47,332 bases of DNA from Barthelona sp. PAP020 (taxonomy: Eukaryota), in NCBI GenBank assembly GCA_040182905.1, contig JARQWU010000054.1:1-47332 (forward strand), in the 5' to 3' direction. The translations under genes were made by a program, and so were the position numbers. The notes beneath the pieces are model-generated. The model did not search any database and had not been told where the DNA came from. It saw only the letters and a list, made by a program, of their open reading frames with translations. The first letter of the stretch is position 1. Every line of letters starts with the position of its first letter. Of this stretch, positions 1-11,119 are shown one piece after another.

Positions 1-8
1 AAAAAAAA

Positions 9-47
<39 letters not shown>

Positions 48-50
48 AAA
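1..50. repeat. poly(A)-rich low-complexity tract
   Basis: Almost pure A run with two short T interruptions at the window start. Confidence 0.9.
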
Positions 51-222
51 TTATTTTACAATTTCTTTTCAACAAAAAGCAAAAAATATTTAAATGTTTT
101 GTTTAAAATACAAAAATATATGAATTGTACTTCTCATTTGGTCTATTTTCAAAACGAAAACATTTCTTTGAAATCTATAACCTTCAAACTCAACACAGCA
201 TTTCAAATAAATGAAAAATTTT

Positions 223-981
223 TCAAATTTCTTCTTGAGGTTTGACTCTCATTTTTTCTCTGAGCATTCTTTTTATTTTCAAATAGGTATAACAAAGAGT
301 TAATACAGTTACAAAAAAAGAAATAAAAAGAATCAAAACACTGCTTTTTGGTAATTGTCCATCCAAAACAACAGCCGCACTAGTGCTACCAACATATACT
401 TGCCAAACATTTAAAAGAGACAATCCAATAGCAGACGCGATAAGATAACGCATCAAATCTGTCGATTCAATCAAACCAAACATAAAAGACATGGCATTTT
501 GCGGTAAAAAAGGACCAAACCTCAATAATAGTATTGTACGAAAAGAATCATTACGTGCTAATAAATCTTCAATAGCTGAAAAAATTGAATATTTAGAAAG
601 ATAAACCTTCAGGCAATTTGGCAAAAAATGCCTAGCTATGATAAAATCAAAAAAAATTGCAAAAAATTGAAGGATTGTGACTAAAATAATGGCATCCATA
701 AATGTGTATACTGCACCTATTGCTAATAACAAAGGCAGACTTGGAATACCACACAGTTGAAAAGCAAAAAACAACAAAGGCAAAGCCAGATTGTTTGATT
801 GCCTCAAACCCAATATCAAATCTAATAAAAATTTATTGATGTAATCACTCAACAAAACATATATGACAACAACGATTAATACAATTAAAAAAGGCTTGAC
901 AATTGATTTAATTTTTTGTTTAAATCCCTCTGAATTATCAACTATTGTTGAAGGTATGCGTTTATCATCTACATTCTGCAT
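223..981 (-). CDS. VTT-domain / SNARE-associated Golgi membrane protein (TVP38/TMEM64/DedA family)
   Basis: 252-aa multi-TM ORF with 'GIPSLPLLLAIGAVY', 'FIIARHF' and 'LLLRFGPFLPQNAMSFMFG', matching the DedA/VTT 'LLRLxPxxP' signature. Confidence 0.85.
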   Translation of the reverse strand: MQNVDDKRIPSTIVDNSEGFKQKIKSIVKPFLIVLIVVVIYVLLSDYINKFLLDLILGLRQSNNLALPLLFFAFQLCGIPSLPLLLAIGAVYTFMDAIILVTILQFFAIFFDFIIARHFLPNCLKVYLSKYSIFSAIEDLLARNDSFRTILLLRFGPFLPQNAMSFMFGLIESTDLMRYLIASAIGLSLLNVWQVYVGSTSAAVVLDGQLPKSSVLILFISFFVTVLTLCYTYLKIKRMLREKMRVKPQEEI

Positions 982-1012
982 TAAAAAACCTTTAAAGAAA
1001 ATAAGAAAAAAG

Positions 1013-1022
1013 AGTTCGCATT
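1013..1022 (-). promoter_or_regulatory. Candidate upstream motif AATGCGAACT
   Basis: The same 10-mer occurs at 14658-14667, on the same strand and at a similar distance (about 30 bp) from an ATG. Confidence 0.4.
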
Positions 1023-1193
1023 GTGTGATTTCTTTTTTAAAACATACCCACTTAATAATATTAAATTAAATAAAATTCATTTTGGAAAGAATGATCGAAA
1101 ATATCAAACAATCAACATTGAAAAAAGAAATTCCCATATTTAATATTCTTTTTCATTTTTTTGTTGTTTAATTTTTTTGTGAAAAAAAAAGCA

Positions 1194-2963
1194 ATGGATT
1201 TTTTTGATGATTTTGATGAATTTGGATTGGATGATTTTGAAGATACCGAAGAAAATGAATTAACTCCTTCACCAGGTCAAGATACTATGACTGGAGTCTT
1301 GCAATCTTTATTAGCTGAAAATGCAGCATTATACAAAGAGAAAGAAATAAAACCAACCAAAATGAATGGTATTCCAATTTTAGATTTATCTTCTGCAAAT
1401 CTTGATGACACACCAGCTTTACCAGAAGCTACACCACGTAATTCTTATGTTGAAACTGCCAGACAAAAGAAACAAAAAAATGATCATAAACGTGTTATGA
1501 ATAGATGGGAAGCTTTGAAAAAGATAGTTGATTTTAATGAACAATCTTTTGTTCATTTAAATATGCCACCAGCCACTCAATTGGCTCAATATCATCGAGC
1601 TGTTGGAAATTTAGCCATCAATAATATTGGTATTCAAACATCCAACAGTGTTGATGGAATTGAAGTTCAAACAATGGAACCAAAAACCAAAGATGCTGGG
1701 GTTGGTGTGGTCTTTGATTATGACCTTGAAATACCTCCTATGACGTCGGAAGATACACATGATGCATTGACATCTTTTGTCAAACGTACTGGTGCTTTGA
1801 TTGAAAAGATATTGAGTGAATCTGTTGGACATGGTGGTTCTTTGAAGGATCAAGAACTTCAAAAAATTAATTTGGAAGTGCCAGAAACAACACTTGTTAT
1901 TTTTGGTGGTAATGATGGTATGTTTTCTGTGCATATGCAAGGCTATCATAGTGCTGTTTTGCAATGGCGTACCAGTCAATTAACAGGTCATGTTGGTTCT
2001 TTCTTTGCTTTTGGAGTTATCACTTGTATTTGTGCCAATGATATGTTTATTGTGGCAGGTATGTTAGATGGATCCATTGTTCTTTGGGATATATCTGGGA
2101 GTCAAACTAAGACACCAATTGGTTTGGCAATTTGTCCTTCATTTGTTTCTAGTGATGCCAATTTGATTCATTTAGGGAAGATTGTAGATATTAAATTAAG
2201 TGTTATCAATGATGAGCTGCGTTTGCTATCTTTAGATGAGTTGGGAAATGTAAAACATTGGAGCATTGATAAATCAGGTGAAAATGTATCTCAGGTTGGT
2301 TTACTTCCCGGGGGTTCTTGTAGAGCAATTTTTTTGAATGAATTCTTTTTTGGAAAATCTTGTAGATGTCTTCATCCCATTAATAAATCAGTTTTTGTTG
2401 CTTCTCAAGGAGGACTTCATCGTAGATCTTTGCTTTCATTTGATTCTTCTGATGAACTGAGGTTTTTCGTTATTCCAAAAGAATACGGTGAGTGTGTTAG
2501 CATTGATCCTTGCCCTTACATGCCAAATATTTTTTTAGCTTCTTTTAAATCTGGTGTTGTGTGTATTTTCTCGACAACTTGTCCAAAACCTTTAATTACA
2601 TTTGGTCCCTTGAACCAAAGTGTCTATTCTACATTGATTAATGTTAAATGGATTGTAGATACTCCTGGTGCAATTATTTTAACTGACATAAAGAACATTT
2701 ATATATTTGACCTATTTACAATGGAAATCAAGTTTAAACAAACTATCGAGATTCCAATTGATCATATGGACATTAATTCTGCTGTGGAAGCTAGGAAACT
2801 TGCACCCAATTCAATTGATGTGTTTATTGTGTTGTATTCAATTGGAAATTTACCTACAATATTAAAATTGCACAGAGGTTTGGTTCATACAACCAACTAT
2901 AATGATAGATTGATGAATTTTAAGGGATTAATTATGGGTTCCAATCCAAATCCAGTTTTGTAA
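1194..2963 (+). CDS. WD40 dynein intermediate chain, WDR60/DYNC2I1 (FAP163)-like, IFT dynein-2
   Basis: First ATG at 1194 (the ORF track starts at TTG 1161). 'RWEALKKIVDFNEQSFVHLNMPPATQLAQYHRAVG..NIGIQT..IEVQT' resembles the WDR60 pre-WD region with QT light-chain-binding motifs. WD repeats follow ('VAGMLDGSIVLWDI', 'SLDELGNVKHW', 'PYMPNIFLASFKSG'). Confidence 0.72.
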   Translation: MDFFDDFDEFGLDDFEDTEENELTPSPGQDTMTGVLQSLLAENAALYKEKEIKPTKMNGIPILDLSSANLDDTPALPEATPRNSYVETARQKKQKNDHKRVMNRWEALKKIVDFNEQSFVHLNMPPATQLAQYHRAVGNLAINNIGIQTSNSVDGIEVQTMEPKTKDAGVGVVFDYDLEIPPMTSEDTHDALTSFVKRTGALIEKILSESVGHGGSLKDQELQKINLEVPETTLVIFGGNDGMFSVHMQGYHSAVLQWRTSQLTGHVGSFFAFGVITCICANDMFIVAGMLDGSIVLWDISGSQTKTPIGLAICPSFVSSDANLIHLGKIVDIKLSVINDELRLLSLDELGNVKHWSIDKSGENVSQVGLLPGGSCRAIFLNEFFFGKSCRCLHPINKSVFVASQGGLHRRSLLSFDSSDELRFFVIPKEYGECVSIDPCPYMPNIFLASFKSGVVCIFSTTCPKPLITFGPLNQSVYSTLINVKWIVDTPGAIILTDIKNIYIFDLFTMEIKFKQTIEIPIDHMDINSAVEARKLAPNSIDVFIVLYSIGNLPTILKLHRGLVHTTNYNDRLMNFKGLIMGSNPNPVL

Positions 2964-3307
2964 AATTAGAAAGGTTTTTGAACATTGTTTGTCTTGTAAA
3001 TTATAGTTATTTATTATTTCTTAACAAACAAAAAAAAATACATACTAAACTTAAATTTCCGAAAAGATCGAAGCATTATTTATTTATATTCCCTAAAAAG
3101 GGTTTGTTTGGGAGAAAAATAATTTCAAAAGGATTGAAATTTTCGATATTACAAGTTTTATGAAAGAAATCGTTTTTCAAAACAAAAGATAAACAAATAA
3201 ACAAATAATAAAATACTATTTATTAATAAAAATAATAGGAACAACAAAAAATTACAATTGAATAGAACAAACAAAAGAAAAAAAAATTCAAATTGTTATT
3301 CACAAAC

Positions 3308-4729
3308 TTAGAAGTTTATTTTTTTTTGAAATTTTTTAAACCTACTTGTTAATGTTTTGAAACCTTCAATAGTATGTTGTTTTTCCATGATCACTAAATC
3401 TTTTTCATCAATAACATTTTTTAATTTTAATATTTCTTTTCTGTACTCATTATTTTGTTCTTTAACAATATCTAATTCTGATTTCAGTTCAATATAATCA
3501 AATTGTTTATTTCTTAAATTTTCCAATTCCATTTTTAATTCTATCAATTCAGTTGATTGTATTTGTTTTTTGTTAATTGTTTGTTGCAATTCTTTTTCTT
3601 TTAAGTTAAGCTTTTCACTAAAATGATTCATTTGTAAAATTGAATTGTTTTTCAATTGATCAATTTCATCATCTAATTGTTGTTTTTTATTATTTATCAT
3701 TGCTTTTTCTGAGGAAATATTAATTATTTTAGCATTTAATTCATTGTTTTCCAACTGTAAATTTTCCAATTGTGTTATCAACAGCAAATTTTTATTTTCT
3801 AAATCCCGAAAATCATCAGATAATTCCAAACATTCTTCTTTTAACTTTTTGGATTGTTCTTTCATATCATCAAAATTAATTAAATGTCCTTGTAATTCTT
3901 CTAAAAATATATTCTTTTCTTTTAATCGTTCAACCAATTTATTGTTTTCTGTTTCTTTCATTCTTAATTCTTTATTTATCTTACTTGTGTATCCATTGAG
4001 ATTCGTTAGCTCATCATTTAAATTGCTGTTCATTTCATTCATTTCTTCAATGCTTCCTTCATATTTCTCCAATTGTTCATTTAATGAACAAATTTGTTGT
4101 CTTAACTCATTTATCAATATATTTTCTTGATCAGCCATCATAGTTGTAGTGCTCTTTTTAGGTGATTCCATATACATAGTTAAATCATTCAGGGTCAAAA
4201 GTCCAGGTGATGATGTTGTTGAATTCTTACTAACTTCAAGATTTTCTTCTTCAATATCAGGAATTTTCAGTTTAGGTTGTAAAACAATGGGTGATGGCAT
4301 TGAAGAAAGACGTGGTGGCGATAGTAAGTCTTGGCGAAATGTTTTTAAAGGTTGAGAATATATTGGTTGATCTCTATAAAGTTGGTTTCTTGTTACAGAC
4401 AGATTTGTATGGACTATATCTAGTTGTTTTTGTAAATCATATATTTGTTTATCTTTTGAAGTCATTAAATGATTGTATTCTTTTGTAGAATATATAGGAG
4501 AACTCAATTTTTTCATTAACATATTGTTATTCTCTTTTTCAAGAGCTAATGAACGTTTTAAAGAATTAATTTCAATAGAATTCTCTTTATTTCCACTTTC
4601 ATACAATTTTGGAATCGTTTCATCAACAAATAAATCAACAAATGGCAATTTCGGTGATTTTTCAATAATCACATTATTTTTTTCTTTAAAGTTTAAATTC
4701 GAAACAAAAACATTCGGATCTGGCAGCAT
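3308..4729 (-). CDS. Coiled-coil protein of unknown function
   Basis: First ATG at 4729 (track starts at TTG 4738). S/P-rich middle and a long E/K/L/N heptad-rich C-terminal half. Confidence 0.8.
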   Translation of the reverse strand: MLPDPNVFVSNLNFKEKNNVIIEKSPKLPFVDLFVDETIPKLYESGNKENSIEINSLKRSLALEKENNNMLMKKLSSPIYSTKEYNHLMTSKDKQIYDLQKQLDIVHTNLSVTRNQLYRDQPIYSQPLKTFRQDLLSPPRLSSMPSPIVLQPKLKIPDIEEENLEVSKNSTTSSPGLLTLNDLTMYMESPKKSTTTMMADQENILINELRQQICSLNEQLEKYEGSIEEMNEMNSNLNDELTNLNGYTSKINKELRMKETENNKLVERLKEKNIFLEELQGHLINFDDMKEQSKKLKEECLELSDDFRDLENKNLLLITQLENLQLENNELNAKIINISSEKAMINNKKQQLDDEIDQLKNNSILQMNHFSEKLNLKEKELQQTINKKQIQSTELIELKMELENLRNKQFDYIELKSELDIVKEQNNEYRKEILKLKNVIDEKDLVIMEKQHTIEGFKTLTSRFKKFQKKINF

Positions 4730-5164
4730 TGATTTCAATAATTAGACAATAGAAAAAAAACAACGAAAATGAAAAATGAGCGCCATTCTTTCTTTTCTTT
4801 TAACTTTATCCTTTTGGCTTTATCATGTTAAAATCAATAGATAAATATGTAAACAAATAAATAAGGATACCAAAAATTATTTTTCAGATGTCTGATAAAA
4901 TATTCTTTATGAATAAAATAGCTCAAAACAAACCTTCAAAGAATTATCTTCAAAACCCAAATACATAAAATTTCAATATTTTTGAACCGAAGATTCATCA
5001 AAACAGATATTAAAGAAGCAATAAAAGTTTGGCAATAAAAATACATGAATTGTTAAATATTTACAAAAACAACAACAACAATTACTATCACTAAACAGAA
5101 AATCAATGTAATAATGGTTGATATTTCTTTGTCCTTCTGTCCTTCTGTTTGTATGAACAATTTC

Positions 5165-8100
5165 TTATTCATTCAGTTTATTCGGAGTTTCTAAAAATGT
5201 GTTTGAATCATTTGAACTTCGAGAAGCTCTTGAATTTCTTGGACTATCAAAAATAGTTGATATAGACAATTTTCCTGAACGTTTAAGACTTGAATTATTT
5301 CTATTTTTTCTTTGATGAATGGAAAGAAGACTGCCAACAAGATTATCATCCAAAAATTTATCCTTTGGAACTTGAACACTTTTTTTTTTGAATAACAAAA
5401 CTCTTCCATCTTTTAATAAAAACTTTGAACCCAATAGAGGAGTGTCCTTTGGTAAATCATAATTTTGCCAAGGAGTATATCTTATAGCTAAATGAATAGC
5501 TTTTTGTGTAACATGGGTTATAGTCGATGGAGCAACAATGAGTTCACTTTCTTCAATATTTAATACTGGAGAAATCGCTGATTTTAACATTTTCAAAGTA
5601 ACTCTATTGCTCAACACTATTTCACCCCAATTAAGAATATATTCAAATTCATCATCAAATAAAATATATTCTAAAGGAATATAAGTGCTTGGAACCAATT
5701 GTTTTCTTGGACATAATATTCTAGAATCGTCAATAAAGTCCAATATTTGAAAGCCAATTTTAAAATTGAAAGTTAATGGATTCTGTGGAATTAAAATCAT
5801 TGGTCGCTTTCCAACAATGTTTAAATCTCTTAAACGAATTAAATCAATTTGAAAATTTCTGTTTTGATGAAAAAATTTATGCTGCTTCACTACTGTTTCT
5901 TTTAACTCTTTTAAAGTTGAATCAACACCAACGTAAACACTTTCGAATAGATCTTCATTCGTTGGTAATTCTGACAAATGTAACTTATTTTGAGGTAAAA
6001 CAGAAATCTTAATCAATCTCTTAACTAATATTCTGACAAGATCTTCATCTTCAGGAGGTCCAAAACCAATAACAACTGAACATTCATTGTTAGGTATAGC
6101 ATGCATTGCTAGTTGTTCTAAATTTGTCAATTCATTCATTGGAACAAGTTCATCAAAAGAGTTAAACAATTGTAATTTTGTTGGTGGTATCTCAAATAAT
6201 TGAGAAAAACTTAAACGTAGACCTCTAACTGTACAAGTTTTTTCGATAGTAATTGTTCGATTTTTTAAAATCTTTTGACTATTAACATTTTCCCTAAATT
6301 GATATCTAACATGAATTTTGTTGGAATAATCCAACAATTTGCTAAAATGTTCAAAGAAAATTGATCTTTTCTTTTTCTTCTTATCAAATTCTAATGATAT
6401 CTCTACATGTAATTTTAAACCTGAACTAAGGCTTAATGGTCTTTTTCTTAATTGAACATTATCATTTAACCCTTCTAACCTTCGAATTTGATTATTGTGC
6501 GTACTGATAATTACTAAATCATCCATACTATCTTCCATATCAAATTTTTTAGCAATCTCTTGTTTCAATGATAGAATAGTTGCAGAAGAAGGTAAAAATA
6601 TATTCCCACTTTCGATACAAACTCCGTTTAATCCTTCAGGAATATCCAAAGGTGATGTGTATATGTGATTGTTGAGAGGACTAAATAACGAAAGACTGAA
6701 CATTAAACCTTTCGGATAATAAGGTTCAAATGGTATATCAGTTGACTTTCGATACTCCAACAAAAATTGTCGAGAAATCAAACCATATTCACTTTCAAAG
6801 GTCTGATTATATTTCAAAGGTTTTCCCCATATTCCAGAAGAAGAAGAATATTCACGCAGTTGCAACTTTTTGGTGGATACTTTTAATTTTAGTTGCTGTT
6901 TCAAATGTTTTATACAATCTATTGCTGAAATTTTAGCATCTAAAATACAAACATATCTATGAAGAGTTATAGGTGGATAAATAGGTGAATACAACTCACT
7001 AGAACGCATGAACATTTTGTCTGATTTTGAAGCACACGTACAGGTGGGAAAAATCGTTTCATCACATGGGTCCTGAGTGAGATCTATTGCATTTGTTAAA
7101 TGCATCAGATGTGAATGAGAAGTTGAACGCAATCTCATGTTTGGAGTTACTGATGAAGTAAAAGGCCTTTTCAAATCTTGTTCTGCTATTGAGGGGTTGA
7201 CAAAATCTTCAATTAGACTGTTATCAATGAAAAAAATGTATTGTACACGTCTTAATTTGGCCTGGGCTTTAGTATACCGGGCTCTTCTTTGTTTATTTTC
7301 AGCTGAAATTTGTTCCAACACTGAATTTGGCAAATTATCCGAAGAAACTTGTTGTTTAGCCGTGGAATATTTTCGATAGAACAACATATAAGCACTTGAA
7401 TTATCATATATCCCAAATCCTTTTTGAACATCATTCAACGAAATCTCAGTAACGTTTTCATCATCAAACAGGAACCAATCTTCTTTAACAAAATCTTTTA
7501 TATATGCATAATAATGTCCACTATATGCATCTCCTTCATGAATTAAGATCGAGTACAATTCAAATTTGTTGACCTTATTCTCAGGAACATAATCCCACGA
7601 TTCACGCAAAGACATATCCAAATCATTTAAATCCAACCATAATGGATAAGTGAACTCGTGATTCAATTTAATTCTTCTATCATGCTTGGAATCATGTTGA
7701 AATCTCAACAAATTAAAAATTAATATCTCACTTGTCTTTGACCAACTCATCTTCTCAAATGTGGTATTATTTGCAAAACATTCTTTACATTGAATATTTA
7801 ATTGAGAAAGTGAAATTTCCTTTAAAGAACTCTCCAATGAAGTCAACAAACGTTGTTCTGTTTTAACAGGTACAAAAATGGTTTTAGACTCTTCAATATT
7901 AATCGTTGTTTTATGACATTTATTGCATTCATTTATTGTTTCAATTTCTCCAACAAACAAAGATTTCAGTCTATTTATAAGAGTAACACTACTCTCAAAA
8001 CATTTTTCTAACGCATTTATTAAGATTAAAAAAAGTTCACTGATATCATGTTGAATAAAAGATTCATCATCATCCCATTGAAATGACTTTGTTAATGTTC

Positions 8101-8407
8101 GAGTGCTAATACTTGAACTATGAGCCAATTGAAGTCTTGCAAATAAATATTGCAGATTCAAAGGAATACATAAATCAACAGGTCCATCGATATCTTTATT
8201 ATATTCAAAATTATATAAAATGGTTCTTAATTGAGGTGTCATGTACATTGTTTGAATCAATGAATTTAAATAACATGTTGCACCCTGATTTGATAATCCA
8301 ACAAATCCATTAGGTGGTCTTTCAGCCTTCGGCACATCATGCAAAGAATGATGTGATATAATGGTTGTTTCAGAATATCCCGATATTACTGATCGTATAT
8401 CATCCAT
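5165..8407 (-). CDS. Ubiquitin-specific protease (peptidase C19), USP47/USP40-like
   Basis: Cys box 'GLSNQGATCYLNSLIQ', 'QHDISE', His box 'LYSILIHEGDAYSGHYYAYIK..WFLFDDENV'. The segment 'IPLNLQYLFARLQ..LTKSFQW' is typical of the USP47/40/7 group. Long C-terminal extension, probably Ubl repeats (inference). Confidence 0.92.
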   Translation of the reverse strand: MDDIRSVISGYSETTIISHHSLHDVPKAERPPNGFVGLSNQGATCYLNSLIQTMYMTPQLRTILYNFEYNKDIDGPVDLCIPLNLQYLFARLQLAHSSSISTRTLTKSFQWDDDESFIQHDISELFLILINALEKCFESSVTLINRLKSLFVGEIETINECNKCHKTTINIEESKTIFVPVKTEQRLLTSLESSLKEISLSQLNIQCKECFANNTTFEKMSWSKTSEILIFNLLRFQHDSKHDRRIKLNHEFTYPLWLDLNDLDMSLRESWDYVPENKVNKFELYSILIHEGDAYSGHYYAYIKDFVKEDWFLFDDENVTEISLNDVQKGFGIYDNSSAYMLFYRKYSTAKQQVSSDNLPNSVLEQISAENKQRRARYTKAQAKLRRVQYIFFIDNSLIEDFVNPSIAEQDLKRPFTSSVTPNMRLRSTSHSHLMHLTNAIDLTQDPCDETIFPTCTCASKSDKMFMRSSELYSPIYPPITLHRYVCILDAKISAIDCIKHLKQQLKLKVSTKKLQLREYSSSSGIWGKPLKYNQTFESEYGLISRQFLLEYRKSTDIPFEPYYPKGLMFSLSLFSPLNNHIYTSPLDIPEGLNGVCIESGNIFLPSSATILSLKQEIAKKFDMEDSMDDLVIISTHNNQIRRLEGLNDNVQLRKRPLSLSSGLKLHVEISLEFDKKKKKRSIFFEHFSKLLDYSNKIHVRYQFRENVNSQKILKNRTITIEKTCTVRGLRLSFSQLFEIPPTKLQLFNSFDELVPMNELTNLEQLAMHAIPNNECSVVIGFGPPEDEDLVRILVKRLIKISVLPQNKLHLSELPTNEDLFESVYVGVDSTLKELKETVVKQHKFFHQNRNFQIDLIRLRDLNIVGKRPMILIPQNPLTFNFKIGFQILDFIDDSRILCPRKQLVPSTYIPLEYILFDDEFEYILNWGEIVLSNRVTLKMLKSAISPVLNIEESELIVAPSTITHVTQKAIHLAIRYTPWQNYDLPKDTPLLGSKFLLKDGRVLLFKKKSVQVPKDKFLDDNLVGSLLSIHQRKNRNNSSLKRSGKLSISTIFDSPRNSRASRSSNDSNTFLETPNKLNE

Positions 8408-8656
8408 AAATTCATAAATATTGAATCAATAAAAATTTAATGTCATGATTGTTCATTCATTTTTTTCTTTTGTTTTATTTAATTTGTATGTATTTAATGA
8501 TGCGAAATTGACATTATGTATAGTAAAGGTGTTTCAATTCATTATTGAACAAAGAAATGCGAAATAATCGATGAAATGTAAAATTTTGTTTCTACAGTTA
8601 AATCAATATGTTTACGATCGTTGTCAACATAAACAAATTTATTTGTTGTTATTATT

Positions 8657-9484
8657 ATGAATAATAATGGATTAAAACTAAATATTTTTGATTTTGAAAA
8701 TGATTTTTTAGTTTTAAATGAAGATTCATTTGTTGATGAACCAACTGATCTACCCTCTGCTTCCGATGATCAATTGTCTTTTTTTTCATTCGATGAACTT
8801 TCCATTGATTTTAATCCCCCTTCAACTTCTTCTTTCAGATCAAAATCGACGAAATCAGCAAATGTAAATCTTAGCACTCCATTATCTCAAACAAAAGCCC
8901 AACCACTGGTATCACCGAAAAAATTGACCCAAAATCAACTGACAAATCTTTTAAACAATCAGAACAGATATAAAACAGAATTATGTTACTCTTTTATGTC
9001 TAGAGGATATTGTCCTTATGGTGATGATTGTTTATTTGCTCATGGAAAGCATGAATTGAGAAATATTATTAAACATCCGAAATTCAAAACCAGGAAATGT
9101 AAAAACTACCATGGTCCAAATGGATATTGTTGTTATGGCAATAGATGTAGTTATATTCATGATGAAAATCTTCAAGGTCCTCCTTTGGAAGTAGATGATA
9201 TGGAAATTGCTAAGAGCTCTCCCAAAAAAAAGAATTTCAAAGGATCTCTTTTGCAAAAGTGTTTACCTCCAACACCATTACCATTACCTAAATCAATTGC
9301 AGAAGTTCAACAAGATCACCAAATTTATGAAAAAAAAATATTTCCAAAAACATCGACATCTACTTTTTCAAATGAAGAATTGGAATTGATGTTTTTTGAA
9401 TGGGAAAGGGATGCTAAAAAAGGTGCTATTGAGGAAGAAGATGAAAGTACTGTTGATGAGGATGAATTGAGTTTTGAGGTTTAA
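8657..9484 (+). CDS. TIS11/tristetraprolin (ZFP36)-family tandem CCCH zinc-finger protein
   Basis: 'RYKTELC-x8-C-x5-C-x3-H' followed by 'HPKFKTRKC...C..GNRC.YIH', the canonical TZF lead-ins and arrangement. Confidence 0.92.
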   Translation: MNNNGLKLNIFDFENDFLVLNEDSFVDEPTDLPSASDDQLSFFSFDELSIDFNPPSTSSFRSKSTKSANVNLSTPLSQTKAQPLVSPKKLTQNQLTNLLNNQNRYKTELCYSFMSRGYCPYGDDCLFAHGKHELRNIIKHPKFKTRKCKNYHGPNGYCCYGNRCSYIHDENLQGPPLEVDDMEIAKSSPKKKNFKGSLLQKCLPPTPLPLPKSIAEVQQDHQIYEKKIFPKTSTSTFSNEELELMFFEWERDAKKGAIEEEDESTVDEDELSFEV

Positions 9485-9968
9485 TTTTCAAATTAAAGTA
9501 TTATATTTATAAATTGTATGATGATGTTATTCATTATAAGTTTGTTTCTTTTTCTTTGGATATTTCAAAACAGTTTTTCAAATGATAAATACTCTAAAAA
9601 TATTGTATATCATGTGAATAATAAACAATAAGACAAATATTTATTTATTTGTGAAGTTCTTTCAAAAGTCTAAAAATACTTAAACAAGAAAAAAAAGGCA
9701 GAAAATTGAGTTTTTAAGATTCAAAATTTCATTTTGACATTAATTGAAGGTAAAAAGGTGTAAGTTTTCACCAACTTGAAGTTGATTTTAATTTTCAAAT
9801 TTTCTCCAATTTTCGTAGATTCAAAAGTTGAACCGATACGTTATGCATGTCCAACACCATGGAAAAAAATAAAAAATAGTTCTTGAATGAAAATAACTTT
9901 GTTTAAACATCCTCAATTAATTTTTTTACATATATTTTGTGCAAAGCATCATTAATTTGTAATTTTTT

Positions 9969-10466
9969 ATGGGGTTTGTACTCGGAGACACAATTAATTT
10001 GAACGAAATTTCAGAAATTGAAGGAACGAAACCACATTTTCATTTGGGACCCAGTAAAAGAAGATTAAAAACACCAATTAGATCAACAAAATCCAGAACT
10101 CAAAACAGACATTTTTCAAAACATTTTCAAAACTCAACCAAAGAAATGAGCAAACCCGAAAAAAGGCATTTGTCTCCCATTGTATCAAAAAATGATGACA
10201 GTAGATTACGAGGTAAACGAGTTAATATGGAATCTTTTAAAAAAATTGAACCTTTGAAATTTGGCAAAAGAACCTTTTCCAACAAAAATTCGAAGAATAT
10301 GATTATTGAAAATTTCCACAGATTGGAAGAACCATTAGTTTGTAATCCAGGTGTATCTTCGGCCCGTGTTTATTCAACAAAGCGTGAAGATACAAATTTT
10401 ATGAGTTTCTTTTCCAACCCCAACACTGCAAGACAAAATGTATATTCTAGACATCAAAATAAATAA
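9969..10466 (+). CDS. Hypothetical basic, probably disordered protein (165 aa)
   Basis: ATG-initiated ORF preceded by a T-rich leader like the other genes. K/R/S-rich, no recognised domain. Confidence 0.6.
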   Translation: MGFVLGDTINLNEISEIEGTKPHFHLGPSKRRLKTPIRSTKSRTQNRHFSKHFQNSTKEMSKPEKRHLSPIVSKNDDSRLRGKRVNMESFKKIEPLKFGKRTFSNKNSKNMIIENFHRLEEPLVCNPGVSSARVYSTKREDTNFMSFFSNPNTARQNVYSRHQNK

Positions 10467-11119
10467 AGGTTTCTTTGTTTTTTTTTTCTTTTTTGTTTTT
10501 CGATATCGAAGGAGTAATTTTGTGCACTAAATTGGAAGATTTCTTAAAATAAATGAGTCTTCAATCAAAATTTGAGCAATTTAATCAAGAATCAACAATT
10601 ACAAAACCAAAATGCAAATAGGTTGGGAATTTGGGTGTATTTCTGTTGGTATTGATTTATTGTGTTTCACCAAAAATTTACTTGACCTTTCGTTTGAATG
10701 TGATGATTTTCTTCATGAAGACTGAAAGAATGAGAATTAAGAATGAAAAAAAAATAAAAGATTTACAATAAATACACGTTTTCTTTCCTTGTTTAGACAT
10801 TCAATTGGAAGTAATAAATATGTTTCTGATTGGAAAAATAAAATGCTACAGAAAAATAGTCAATAGAAATACATGTGGTGGAGTGGGACATAATGGAACA
10901 AATTTGGAATAATTTTTAACAACACAATTATAACAGTTTTCAAGAATGGAATATCTTCAAACACAAACTTAGTCAATAACGTCAAATGTATGCCACAAAA
11001 GGTTGAAATCAACTAAAATGATGTTGATAGGTTGTGAAACAAAATATATACGGGTAATTATGAATTACAGAAGGGAAGACAACAATAGTGAAAAAGAACT
11101 TGGAAAAAATGAATCGCAT

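Noticed and set aside
1..50. Poly(A) run as a retroposon tail or telomere
   Set aside because: No upstream sequence is visible, it is not a telomeric unit, and shorter A/T homopolymers are common in all spacers here.
10553..10771. 72-codon frame interrupted by a single TAG (10619-10621), suggesting readthrough or recoding
   Set aside because: No recognisable protein, and none of the long genuine ORFs contains an in-frame TAG. Probably chance.
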